Source of the DNA: Candidatus Thorarchaeota archaeon | Lineage (GTDB): Archaea; Asgardarchaeota; Thorarchaeia; Thorarchaeales; Thorarchaeaceae | Assembly: GCA_048882385.1 (NCBI GenBank) | Contig: JBHLRQ010000060.1 | Coordinates: 1-18,930, forward strand | Direction of reading: 5' to 3' | Length of the DNA stretch: 18,930 bases | In this document: in pieces, positions 1-8,342 of the stretch | Position numbering within the stretch: position 1 is the first letter of the stretch | Layout: every line of letters begins with the position of its first letter | Notes under the pieces: model-generated | The model's input: only the letters and a program-made list of their open reading frames with translations | Database searches by the model: none | Told to the model about the DNA's origin: nothing | Position numbers and translations under genes: made by a program

Positions 1-3
1 GAA

Positions 4-546
4 CTACTGGTTCAGATACAGCTCAAGGTAAGATTCACGAATTGTCTGGGAGGCGTCCAGTCCAAGCTCATCCAGCATGGCAAAGATCTCGTTCTTTGTA
101 GTCTCTACGTCTTTGCCACTGGCGATTTGCTCTATCTCAAGAAATAACCCAACATCCTCAACCTCGTCGATACTGATTGTTGTCTTGGATAGACTGAAGA
201 ACTGTCGAGTCTTCGTGATTTTCACAACCTCTTTGAAACCAAGACCCTTGAGGATTAATACAATCTCATTTTCATTGTCGAGATTCACTGTGGATTCAAG
301 TCGCGTTTTCGTAGTGCTATCAATTCTTGGTCCCTTGTAGGTCAGTTCTACAGTGCCAACTGGCTGTCTATATCGCACCCTGAGTGCTTCATCTGTTTCC
401 TGAAATGTTCTACAAGGATGATCAAAATATGAGTCAATTTGAGTTTCTTTGTTGATTTTCTCTGCACCAAGCTTCAATATCCTGTCTTCCATTTCCTCAT
501 AGCTGGATATAGCAATCTTGACTTCAACCTCGTATGTATCACTCAT
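4..546 (-). CDS. cyaB: Class IV adenylate cyclase / CYTH-domain protein
   Basis: N-terminal ExExK motif (YEVEVK), plus QIDSYF, DEALRVR, LTYKGPR, GLFLEIE and C-terminal SYLELY. Start moved from 600 to the ATG at 546 (MSDTYEVEVK) because the ExExK motif normally lies at the N-terminus. Confidence 0.9.
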   Translation of the reverse strand: MSDTYEVEVKIAISSYEEMEDRILKLGAEKINKETQIDSYFDHPCRTFQETDEALRVRYRQPVGTVELTYKGPRIDSTTKTRLESTVNLDNENEIVLILKGLGFKEVVKITKTRQFFSLSKTTISIDEVEDVGLFLEIEQIASGKDVETTKNEIFAMLDELGLDASQTIRESYLELYLNQ

Positions 547-663
547 CAGGAACAACCTCGTCATGCTTGGTTCAGTCATTCCACTGTTAGGTGTTTCCAT
601 CAGATGAATGAGCCATAAGCCAAATAACGGCGTTGAATCATCTTGTGGAAGGCAGGTGTCAAT

Positions 664-1914
664 TTGTCAAAACTGAAGAGTATCAAATGTGCAAAGTGTG
701 GCAAGACCTATGATATATCGAACGTACCCTCCAATGATGGATGTGGAGGTAGAATAGATTTCGAGTTTGACCTTGAAACAATTAAAGACACCATTACGAA
801 AGAGAATCTATCAAAGAGGACTCCTGGACTCTGGAAATACTTTGAGTTGATGCCGCTTATTGATAAGAAGCACATAGTGACGCTTGGAGAGGGAGGAACC
901 CCTCTGGTAGATAGCAAGAGACTCTCAAAAGAATGGAAAATGAAGAATCTCTCACTCAAAATTGAAACTGTCAATCCATCAGGTTCTTTCAAAGACAGGC
1001 CGATCTGTGTGGGAGTCAGCAAGGCACTTGAAGATGGTGTCAAGACTGTTTCTGCTGCATCATCAGGAAACGCTGCTGCATCTATGTCGACTTATGCTGC
1101 AAGAGCTGGACTTCAGGCAGTTGTATTTGTACCTGAAGACGCTCCTAAAGGAAAACTGATTCATCTGAGAACCTTAGGTGCTAAGGTCTTCAGAGTGAAG
1201 AAGGTCCAAGAGGGAGTAGATCCAACTACGACATTACTCCTAGCAGCTTGCAAGGAGTTTGGTTGGACTCCTTCGCCTTCCTTTGGTCCTTTCAATGGTT
1301 TCCAATTTGAAGGAACCAAGTCGTTAGGATTTGAGATTGCAGAACAAACACAATGGAATCCACCAGATTGGATACTCTTTCCGACTGGGAGCGGAGGACT
1401 TATGGCAGGTACCATGAAAGGACTCTGGGAGTTTCAACAGATGGGATTGATAGATTGCCTACCTCGACCTGTTGTAGTGCAGCCAGAAGGATGTGCACCA
1501 ATTGTGAGAGCTTTCAAGGAAGAGCAGGAACCACTGAATATAGTACCTTGGGATTCGAACGAAACAGTAGCAGGAGGACTTGCAGATCCATTCCCCTGGG
1601 ATGGTGATGCGGCTCTTAGATATCTCAAATTGGCAAAAGGTGAAGCTATAGCAGTTTCAGATACTGCGATTGAGGAGTCACTTGTAGAACTTGGTAAATT
1701 TGAGGGTGTCTTCGCAGAACCTAGTGGAGTCGCAGCTCTTGCAGGATTGAAGCAACTTATGGACCAAGGAACCATCGATAGGTCTGACAGAGTGATTGTT
1801 CCTATTACAGGATCAGGTTTCAAGGACTTAGCCACACCAGACAGACTAACCCCTGAAGTGAAGCTGATTCCGCCAGAAACCTCAGAGCTCAAGAGAGCCT
1901 TGGAGAATTATTAG
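664..1914 (+). CDS. Threonine synthase-family PLP-dependent enzyme (fold type II) with an N-terminal Zn-ribbon-like segment
   Basis: Motifs LGEGGTPL, NPSGSFKDR (PLP lysine), SSGNA, PTGSGG, AEPSG and ITGSGFKD, plus N-terminal CAKC...GCGG. TTG start at 664 follows AGGTG at 654-658; the ORF track starts at 643. Confidence 0.85.
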   Translation: MSKLKSIKCAKCGKTYDISNVPSNDGCGGRIDFEFDLETIKDTITKENLSKRTPGLWKYFELMPLIDKKHIVTLGEGGTPLVDSKRLSKEWKMKNLSLKIETVNPSGSFKDRPICVGVSKALEDGVKTVSAASSGNAAASMSTYAARAGLQAVVFVPEDAPKGKLIHLRTLGAKVFRVKKVQEGVDPTTTLLLAACKEFGWTPSPSFGPFNGFQFEGTKSLGFEIAEQTQWNPPDWILFPTGSGGLMAGTMKGLWEFQQMGLIDCLPRPVVVQPEGCAPIVRAFKEEQEPLNIVPWDSNETVAGGLADPFPWDGDAALRYLKLAKGEAIAVSDTAIEESLVELGKFEGVFAEPSGVAALAGLKQLMDQGTIDRSDRVIVPITGSGFKDLATPDRLTPEVKLIPPETSELKRALENY

Positions 1915-1927
1915 TCAGGTGAGATGA

Positions 1928-2374
1928 TTGGAGAACATTGAAGAATACATGGAAGAAGCGATCAATGAAGCCAAGAAGGGACTAGAAGAGGGGGGAATAC
2001 CGATAGGTTCAGTTCTTGTCATCGATGGAAAGATTGTGGGAAGAGGTCACAATCAGCGAATACAGAAGGGCAGTGCAGTGCTGCATGCGGAAATGGACTG
2101 TTTGGAAAATGCTGGACGATTGACAGCCAAGGACTACAGAAATTCAGTTCTTTTTTCTACACTCTCTCCTTGTGATATGTGCAGTGGTGCTGTACTACTA
2201 TACGGGATACCAAAAGTGATTGTTGGAGAGAATGTCACTTTTCAAGGGCCCGAGGTGTATCTACGTAAGCGCGGTGTTGATGTAGTAGTTCTCAATGATG
2301 TTGAGTGCATAGAGATGATGAGGAAATTTATCGAGGAAAATCCGATTTTATGGAACGAAGATATAGGTGAGTAG
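1928..2374 (+). CDS. Zn-dependent cytosine/nucleoside deaminase, yeast Fcy1-like
   Basis: HAE and PCDMC zinc motifs, GGIPIG, GRGHN and C-terminal WNEDIGE. TTG start follows AGGTGA at 1917-1922. Confidence 0.88.
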   Translation: MENIEEYMEEAINEAKKGLEEGGIPIGSVLVIDGKIVGRGHNQRIQKGSAVLHAEMDCLENAGRLTAKDYRNSVLFSTLSPCDMCSGAVLLYGIPKVIVGENVTFQGPEVYLRKRGVDVVVLNDVECIEMMRKFIEENPILWNEDIGE

Positions 2375-2401
2375 ATAAAACAAAAGTTGGGGATGTTGAG
2401 A

Positions 2402-3385
2402 ATGTCAAAGAAGGAGATACGTAACAGAGCCAAGCAATTGGCTAAGGAGTACGGATATCTCCAGTACATGATAGAGCGCTATCTCGCCTTATGGGGAGAA
2501 GAAAAAACTCTGGAGTTTCTCGAAGCTTGTGACAAACCTGTTCGCACATCGATTCGAATCAACACTCTCAAATGTACAAAAGAGGAGGTTCTGCGGCGCC
2601 TGCAAGATAAATCAGTGATTGTTGATGAGATTCCATGGCTAGAACATGGATTTTTGGCCAATTTTCGAGATTCTTCTCCTGGAGCAATGTTAGAACATAT
2701 GCTTGGATACTACTACGTACAGGGAGTACCATCGATGACTGCAGTGGCAGTACTGGACCCACAGCCGGGCGAAACAATTCTTGATTTAGCTGCTGCGCCT
2801 GGAGGGAAGACAACCCACATCGGCCAAATGATGAATAACGACGGAATGGTCATTGCTATCGAGCAAGACCGACTACGGATGACCAGTCTCAAGAGCAACA
2901 TAATTCGGTGTGGAGTGACCAATTCATTAGTTCTACGGGGTGATGCGAGAAAACTTGACCAACTTGGTTTCGAGCCGGATAGAATTCTTCTCGATGCGCC
3001 TTGTTCAGGTGAAGGTCTGATACCTCTAGATCCTACGAGAAAGACTAGCAAGACCATGGCTGATATTAGATATTGTGCTACCAGAGAGGATGAAATGTTA
3101 GAAGCTGCTGTCAATGCTCTCTCTGATGGAGGTACAATCGTCTATTCCACCTGCTCAATTGCTCCTGAAGAAAATGAATACATTGTTGATGATATATTGA
3201 AGAGATACCCGGAGATAGAGATTGCTGAGATTCCTATTGATTTTGGAGTCTCAGGATATTCTGAACCTTATGGTGTTAAGTTGAATGATTCATTGATTCG
3301 CGCAAGACGCTTTCTCCCACACCTACATGGAACAGAGGGCTTTTTCATTTGTAAGATGGTGAAAACGGAGGGGAAGAATAAATGA
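2402..3385 (+). CDS. NOL1/NOP2/Sun (RsmB/RsmF) family RNA m5C methyltransferase
   Basis: DLAAAPGGKT (SAM binding), LDAPCSGEG (motif IV Cys), YSTCS (motif VI Cys), EENE and EGFFI. Start is uncertain (2387 TTG, 2393 ATG or 2402 ATG). Confidence 0.93.
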   Translation: MSKKEIRNRAKQLAKEYGYLQYMIERYLALWGEEKTLEFLEACDKPVRTSIRINTLKCTKEEVLRRLQDKSVIVDEIPWLEHGFLANFRDSSPGAMLEHMLGYYYVQGVPSMTAVAVLDPQPGETILDLAAAPGGKTTHIGQMMNNDGMVIAIEQDRLRMTSLKSNIIRCGVTNSLVLRGDARKLDQLGFEPDRILLDAPCSGEGLIPLDPTRKTSKTMADIRYCATREDEMLEAAVNALSDGGTIVYSTCSIAPEENEYIVDDILKRYPEIEIAEIPIDFGVSGYSEPYGVKLNDSLIRARRFLPHLHGTEGFFICKMVKTEGKNK

Positions 3386-3927
3386 CTCTAGAACTGGTTG
3401 ATCCTGTTGAATGGACATCCATTGCAGAACAGATCGATGATGAGTTTGGAACGGGAGTTACAAAAAGACTGTTAGGAACTCGTGTCCCCGTTGTTTTACC
3501 AAAAGAGGATACTAGGACATTCTTCCTTATACCTACTGAATGGATGTCAATTGTCACTGGGGAAGGTGGCGAAGAACTTGATATACAGTTTTTGGGGAAG
3601 GAACTCGGTTCAAAAGTTAAAGGCAGAATCAGAATGAGCCTCCAGATTCTTGGCGAACTAAAAGACCTGACTGATAATTTCATCATTGTCACAAAACACA
3701 GTGGAGAAGCATTCACCTATGGCAGGAGCATCCTCAAGGAGTCTGTTATCGAGTTGAGTCCAGAATTGAAGAGGGGTCAGAGAGTCCTAGTTCTGAACAA
3801 GGAACGTGAATGTCTTGGTATTGCCTCTCTTTCAATCGATGCATCAAGATTGAACCGTTTGAGCGGGGACAAACTAGTAGGGAAGAATCTCATTGATATC
3901 GGATGGTTCATTAGACGTCTTGGTTAG
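3382..3927 (+). CDS. NIP7-like pre-PUA/PUA-domain ribosome biogenesis protein
   Basis: C-terminal PUA signature (FTYGRSIL, GQRVLVLN...CLGIA, NLIDIGWFIR). ATGA overlap with the Nop2-family gene, a known archaeal pairing. Confidence 0.82.
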   Translation: MTLELVDPVEWTSIAEQIDDEFGTGVTKRLLGTRVPVVLPKEDTRTFFLIPTEWMSIVTGEGGEELDIQFLGKELGSKVKGRIRMSLQILGELKDLTDNFIIVTKHSGEAFTYGRSILKESVIELSPELKRGQRVLVLNKERECLGIASLSIDASRLNRLSGDKLVGKNLIDIGWFIRRLG

Positions 3928-4670
3928 ACAAACATGTCACTTGACCGGTCCGAGGACTCAATGGATTTGCGCATTTTCTCAAGTCTTTCGATTTCACGTG
4001 ATTCCTCAAGGAGCTGCTCTACATTTGCTCCAACACCGTAGACATCATTGATTTTCTCCAACATTGTTGCAGCAGATCGTGGATCTGGTCTTCCTCTAGT
4101 TGCATAGGTGAGTAGACCAATGGCAGGAGCGTTATGCATCTCCAGTTCAGCTAAGAACAGAGCTAATGGACCTGCTACAAAGAGTCCTTCTTCAAGAAGT
4201 GGAACGGCCCATTTTTTGAGTAAATCGCCATAAGCGGTAGTTGGAACGCATCGCATGTCTTCTTCATCTTCCTTGAAACTAGCATCTAGTCCACCAAGGA
4301 GTAGTGTTTCTGCGAACTTATTTTCAGCCACCCATGAGGCTAAGCGATCTATGAAGCCCCACTGTTCAGATTGATGCGGTTGAAAACGTGGGACAAGAAA
4401 GACCATCTTTTTTGGCTCATAGGAATACAATTCAAACGGAAGTACCAATCGTTCATTCTCCATTGACACGAAAAGGGGGAGCATGTCACTCTTGATGAAA
4501 CCTATTCGTTCCGCCTCAAGGGTTCTAGTCAGATGGGCTGTACTCAGAAAACCAACTTCACCCAGACCATGAAAACCACATATGAAAGTCGAACCTGGTT
4601 TTACCTTGAAATCTTTCTTCAGAATGATTTTGAAAGATGAATCAGTAGTAGCTACGAAAGCCATAATCAT
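3924..4670 (-). CDS. PAC2 family (proteasome assembly chaperone-like) protein
   Basis: GFHGLGEVG, LLGG, GPLAL and PDPRSAA motifs typical of archaeal PAC2-family proteins. Confidence 0.88.
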   Translation of the reverse strand: MIMAFVATTDSSFKIILKKDFKVKPGSTFICGFHGLGEVGFLSTAHLTRTLEAERIGFIKSDMLPLFVSMENERLVLPFELYSYEPKKMVFLVPRFQPHQSEQWGFIDRLASWVAENKFAETLLLGGLDASFKEDEEDMRCVPTTAYGDLLKKWAVPLLEEGLFVAGPLALFLAELEMHNAPAIGLLTYATRGRPDPRSAATMLEKINDVYGVGANVEQLLEESREIERLEKMRKSIESSDRSSDMFV

Positions 4671-4751
4671 TCACGCCTAATTGAGAGGGCAGAGATGGCT
4701 CAGCCTCTCGCTGTTGGGTCTATGATAGAATTTTGGTACTTGCTTTTGAGG

Positions 4752-4760
4752 CTTTATATG
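4752..4760 (-). promoter_or_regulatory. Candidate TATA box for the PAC2 gene
   Basis: Minus strand reads CATATAAAG about 80 nt upstream of the start codon, implying a leader of roughly 55-60 nt. Confidence 0.45.
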
Positions 4761-4870
4761 TGTCTACATAAGATTGGCATTGTAGAGCCAGTTATACACG
4801 GTTTAAGCGCATAGGATGAAGTCTGAAGAGTTGTGTATTTTTGGACCAGCTTTGCGTTATTTTGTCCAAG

Positions 4871-4924
4871 TACGCATAAAACTAATAGGATAAGATGATA
4901 TATCCTCATATAACCTTATGCGCA
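4871..4924. repeat. Nested imperfect inverted repeat immediately upstream of the pseudo-helicase gene
   Basis: CGCATAA (4873-4879) pairs with TTATGCG (4916-4922). Inner AGGATA (4887-4892) pairs with TATCCT (4901-4906). Confidence 0.55.
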
Positions 4925-4929
4925 TTTGA

Positions 4930-7146
4930 ATGACGGAGCGGGCTTATTTGAGCACTCTTAGGGAATTAGAACTCCAACAGGTTGCTCCCCGTTTGTTGGA
5001 GTTGCTCAGAAGACAGGGACTTGCCTCACTCAGTAGATTCCAGATTCTCGCAGTAAATCAAAGAATAATGAGAGGAAACAGCCAGCTCTTAGTGACCTAT
5101 GACTATGATGAAGCCTATCTTGTCGGTGAAATTGCACTATTGAATAGGGTTACCTCTGATCATCGTGCTCGCGCTATTGTGCTATGTCCCAATCCATACC
5201 AAGCCGATAAGAGATTCCAATCCATTAGCCAGAAAACAAGTCGACTTGGTATTCCCGCATCCCAGATTATTCGACGAAGAGATGCAACAAGGAGTACTCC
5301 ATCAGGAAGAGTAATTGTTGCGACTTTCAGATCTTTTGACATCGCTTCCAGAGTCAACCCAGAGATTCTCAAAGGTGTTGTTTTTGTTTTAATAGACAGG
5401 TTAGATCTGATTGGACAGCCAGGTATTGGAGCGAGTCTTGAAACGGTTCTAGTCACACTACTAAGTAAACCAAAGATCCAATATGTAGCAATATGCCCAC
5501 CTCTAGAAGATATTGATGAACTAAGCAGATGGCTCAATGCGGAGTACATTCAAGATCCAAAGACGGACGTGAAAGTCATCTTCAGCGTGAAGGCTGTTGA
5601 AGATTCTAGAGAATCGATTGCGGATTTGACACAGTTTGTGCAATCTCGTGAAGGACAGGTTTTGATTCTTTGCGCAAATATCGGCACAGCTGAAGATTTG
5701 GCACTTGAACTTTCAGGCTTTGATTCTAGGAAGGACTCAGCAATCCTTGATCTAAGACTCTCTCCGGAACATAGAGATGATCTCAGATATCTCTCAAGAG
5801 ATATCAAAGAGAAATACCCTCAGTGTAAAACTACAGAAAATCTAGCTAAAACGGTTTCAAGAGGTGTTGCATTCTTTCATGAAGGAGTGGGTATGACTCA
5901 GAGAAGAATCCTCTCGGACGCGTGGGAAGAGGGATTGCTGCCTGTAATCATCATGCCTACTAGATTTGCTATTGCGAGTGGTCTTAGGGCTACAGTAGTA
6001 TTCCTGATGGGTGTTTTCATGCAGGAGTTTGGAAAGGAGGTTTCACAAGAAGATGCTGTTACAATGTTATCAGAATGGCAACTCAGTGATGTCCTTGAAG
6101 CTGCGGGAAGAAGAGGGATAGACAATGAGGCATTTGGCATCGTTGTAGTGGATAGCGAATCAGAGAAAACCAGAGTTATTGCAAAGTTCTTCCAAAAGGA
6201 CTCAAAGGGCAATCTACAACCCAACCTTGGGGAAGTAGACAGTGTCATGGATGATCCTGAGAATGTTCAAGACTTGGTTCTCAGACAACTCTGCGGAAAA
6301 ACCGATGATGATGAGGACCCATTCTCAATTATAGACAGAACTTTGTGGGGGAGTAGTAGTCGCGCAATGGATTTGCAGCAAGTGGAAACACATGATGAGG
6401 CTGCTGTTGCCAGCCTATTAGCAATGCGTTCCACAAGATCGACAGTTGCAAGAGCCAAAGAGATTCCGAGTTCAAGTGTAAAACTTGTCTCAGTGAGACC
6501 TGACAAGATAGAAGGTCTAGTCCATAGTGGGAGTCGAGAGATCTGGCACTATGCAACATTGAGATCAAAGGATGGTGTTGCTTGTTCATGTGAATCATGG
6601 AAATATCAGGGAATAAGAAAACATAGGCTTTGCAAACATCTCGTTAAGTTTTCACAGTACGCACTAGATAATGAGGAATCGAAACCCTATGCAGCAGGAG
6701 TTATTCTTCAAGCCCTGCGGGGGCTTGAGATTTATAGCGATCTTGAATCGGACAAACTAATCATCCGTGATAGAGAAAGTACCAAATGTACAGATCTTGG
6801 AAAGAGCGTAGCAGTCTTAGGTGTGCCTGTAAAAGATGCAAAGAAAGTGATGCAGGCAATTGGTGATGAAAAGAGCGATTTGAAGTCAATACTTGAGAGC
6901 GTGGTATTAACACGGGCCAATGTGCCAAAGGATGTTGTGAAAGGGGTCTTGGATAGACTTCCAGCGAAGACGATAGAAGAGATTGTATGTGAAGAAGATA
7001 TGCCTGGTATTATTGAGAATTGTCTTGAGGAATTAGAATACATAAACTCGATACTCTTGAAGCTGATGATTGAAAAACACAAAGCACGAAACGAGAGTAA
7101 GAAACTCCATGACAATCTGTTGATGCTATTGGAGTCCATGCGGTAA
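4930..7146 (+). CDS. Hel308/Ski2-like SF2 helicase homologue with degenerate ATPase motifs and an internal SWIM zinc finger
   Basis: Colinear with Hel308 by eye (GLASLSRFQ Q-motif, GASLE, ELSRWLNA, GQVLIL, RGVAFFHEG, AGRRGID, TDLGKSVA). Motif I reads TYDYDEAY, motif II DRLD and motif III CPP. SWIM motif CSC-x13-CKH at nt 6583-6639. Confidence 0.85.
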   Translation: MTERAYLSTLRELELQQVAPRLLELLRRQGLASLSRFQILAVNQRIMRGNSQLLVTYDYDEAYLVGEIALLNRVTSDHRARAIVLCPNPYQADKRFQSISQKTSRLGIPASQIIRRRDATRSTPSGRVIVATFRSFDIASRVNPEILKGVVFVLIDRLDLIGQPGIGASLETVLVTLLSKPKIQYVAICPPLEDIDELSRWLNAEYIQDPKTDVKVIFSVKAVEDSRESIADLTQFVQSREGQVLILCANIGTAEDLALELSGFDSRKDSAILDLRLSPEHRDDLRYLSRDIKEKYPQCKTTENLAKTVSRGVAFFHEGVGMTQRRILSDAWEEGLLPVIIMPTRFAIASGLRATVVFLMGVFMQEFGKEVSQEDAVTMLSEWQLSDVLEAAGRRGIDNEAFGIVVVDSESEKTRVIAKFFQKDSKGNLQPNLGEVDSVMDDPENVQDLVLRQLCGKTDDDEDPFSIIDRTLWGSSSRAMDLQQVETHDEAAVASLLAMRSTRSTVARAKEIPSSSVKLVSVRPDKIEGLVHSGSREIWHYATLRSKDGVACSCESWKYQGIRKHRLCKHLVKFSQYALDNEESKPYAAGVILQALRGLEIYSDLESDKLIIRDRESTKCTDLGKSVAVLGVPVKDAKKVMQAIGDEKSDLKSILESVVLTRANVPKDVVKGVLDRLPAKTIEEIVCEEDMPGIIENCLEELEYINSILLKLMIEKHKARNESKKLHDNLLMLLESMR

Positions 7147-7196
7147 CATTTTTACGTCGGTTGACTTGTGGCGGCCTAGACTCAAGGGTGAGCCCC

Positions 7197-8342
7197 ATGA
7201 AATTGTTTGAACACGAGGCCAAGGACATTTTCAGAAACTTCAAGTTGCCGACTCCTCCAGGAGGTGTCGCTGAAACTCCAAAGGACGCAAAAGAACGCGC
7301 AGCAGAAGTTGGAAAACCAGTTGTTGTCAAGGCAATGGTTCTTGCAGGTAAGCGAGGAAAGGTGGGTGGAGTAAAGTTCGCGGATACTCCTGAAGAAGCA
7401 GAAAAGTGTGCTGAAGAGATTCTGAAGATGCGTATCAACGACCTCCCAGTAGAGGCGGTTCTCATTGAGGAAAAACTAGACATCGAGCAGGAAATCTACG
7501 CTGGAATCACAATTGACAGAAATGAACGCAAGTATGTTGTAATTGGTAGCGCAGCTGGTGGCATGTCAATAGAAGAACTTGCAGAAGAGAGTCCAGAGAA
7601 AATCATCAAAATGCATGTTGACCCAAGTCTTGGATTCCAACCATATGAAGCCAGACAGATGGCTATTGACATGGGATTTAGGGGTAAGCAGATTAACCAG
7701 CTTGGTAGCTTCTTTCTGAAACTTTGGCAGATTGTGGAAGCATTCGATGTTGAGCTCACAGAAATCAATCCATTGATTCTCACAAAGGATGGTAGGTTCT
7801 TCGCAGCAGATGCCAGACTCAATATCGACGATAACTCGCTCTACAGACATAAGGAAATCATCGAGAAACTCAAACGTGAACCTATTGAGCAGAATGAACG
7901 GGAAAGACTCGCTACAGAGAATGATATGGCCTATGTTGAACTCGATGGTAATATTGCATGCATTTGTAATGGTGCAGGTCTTACCATGGCTACCCTTGAC
8001 GCTGTGTCCCTCTATGGAGGAAAGGCAAGCACCTTTCTCGATCTTGGAGGAGGTGCAGATGCAGAAAGAGTTGAGAAAGGGATTGAAATTGCGCTGATGT
8101 ATCCCAATGTGAAGGCAATCCTCGTCAACATAATGGGAGGAATTACAAGATGTGATGAGGTCGCCAAAGGAATAGTATCTGCGAAAAACGATGGCGATAT
8201 CACAACTCCCATGGTTATTCGAATGGTAGGAACCAATGAAGAGGAGGGGCAAGAGATTCTGAAGACAGCTGGAATACCGTTCCTCAAGACAATGGAAGAG
8301 GCTGCTTCAAAGGTAGTAGAACTTGCAAAGGAGGCTATTTAG
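7197..8342 (+). CDS. sucC: Succinyl-CoA synthetase (ADP-forming) beta subunit
   Basis: MKLFEHEAK start, GKRGKVGGVK, EINPL, NGAGLTMATLD, FLDLGGGA, NIMGGITRCD and RMVGTN. ATG 7197 follows GGGTGAG. Confidence 0.96.
   Translation: MKLFEHEAKDIFRNFKLPTPPGGVAETPKDAKERAAEVGKPVVVKAMVLAGKRGKVGGVKFADTPEEAEKCAEEILKMRINDLPVEAVLIEEKLDIEQEIYAGITIDRNERKYVVIGSAAGGMSIEELAEESPEKIIKMHVDPSLGFQPYEARQMAIDMGFRGKQINQLGSFFLKLWQIVEAFDVELTEINPLILTKDGRFFAADARLNIDDNSLYRHKEIIEKLKREPIEQNERERLATENDMAYVELDGNIACICNGAGLTMATLDAVSLYGGKASTFLDLGGGADAERVEKGIEIALMYPNVKAILVNIMGGITRCDEVAKGIVSAKNDGDITTPMVIRMVGTNEEEGQEILKTAGIPFLKTMEEAASKVVELAKEAI

Noticed and set aside
4671-4929. Hidden nop10 or another small ORF upstream of PAC2
   Set aside because: No convincing ORF or Nop10-like motif was found on the minus strand.
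7566-8252. 228-aa antisense ORF within sucC, and the other short overlapping ORFs in the track
   Set aside because: Shadow frames of well-conserved genes, with no recognisable motifs and atypical composition.
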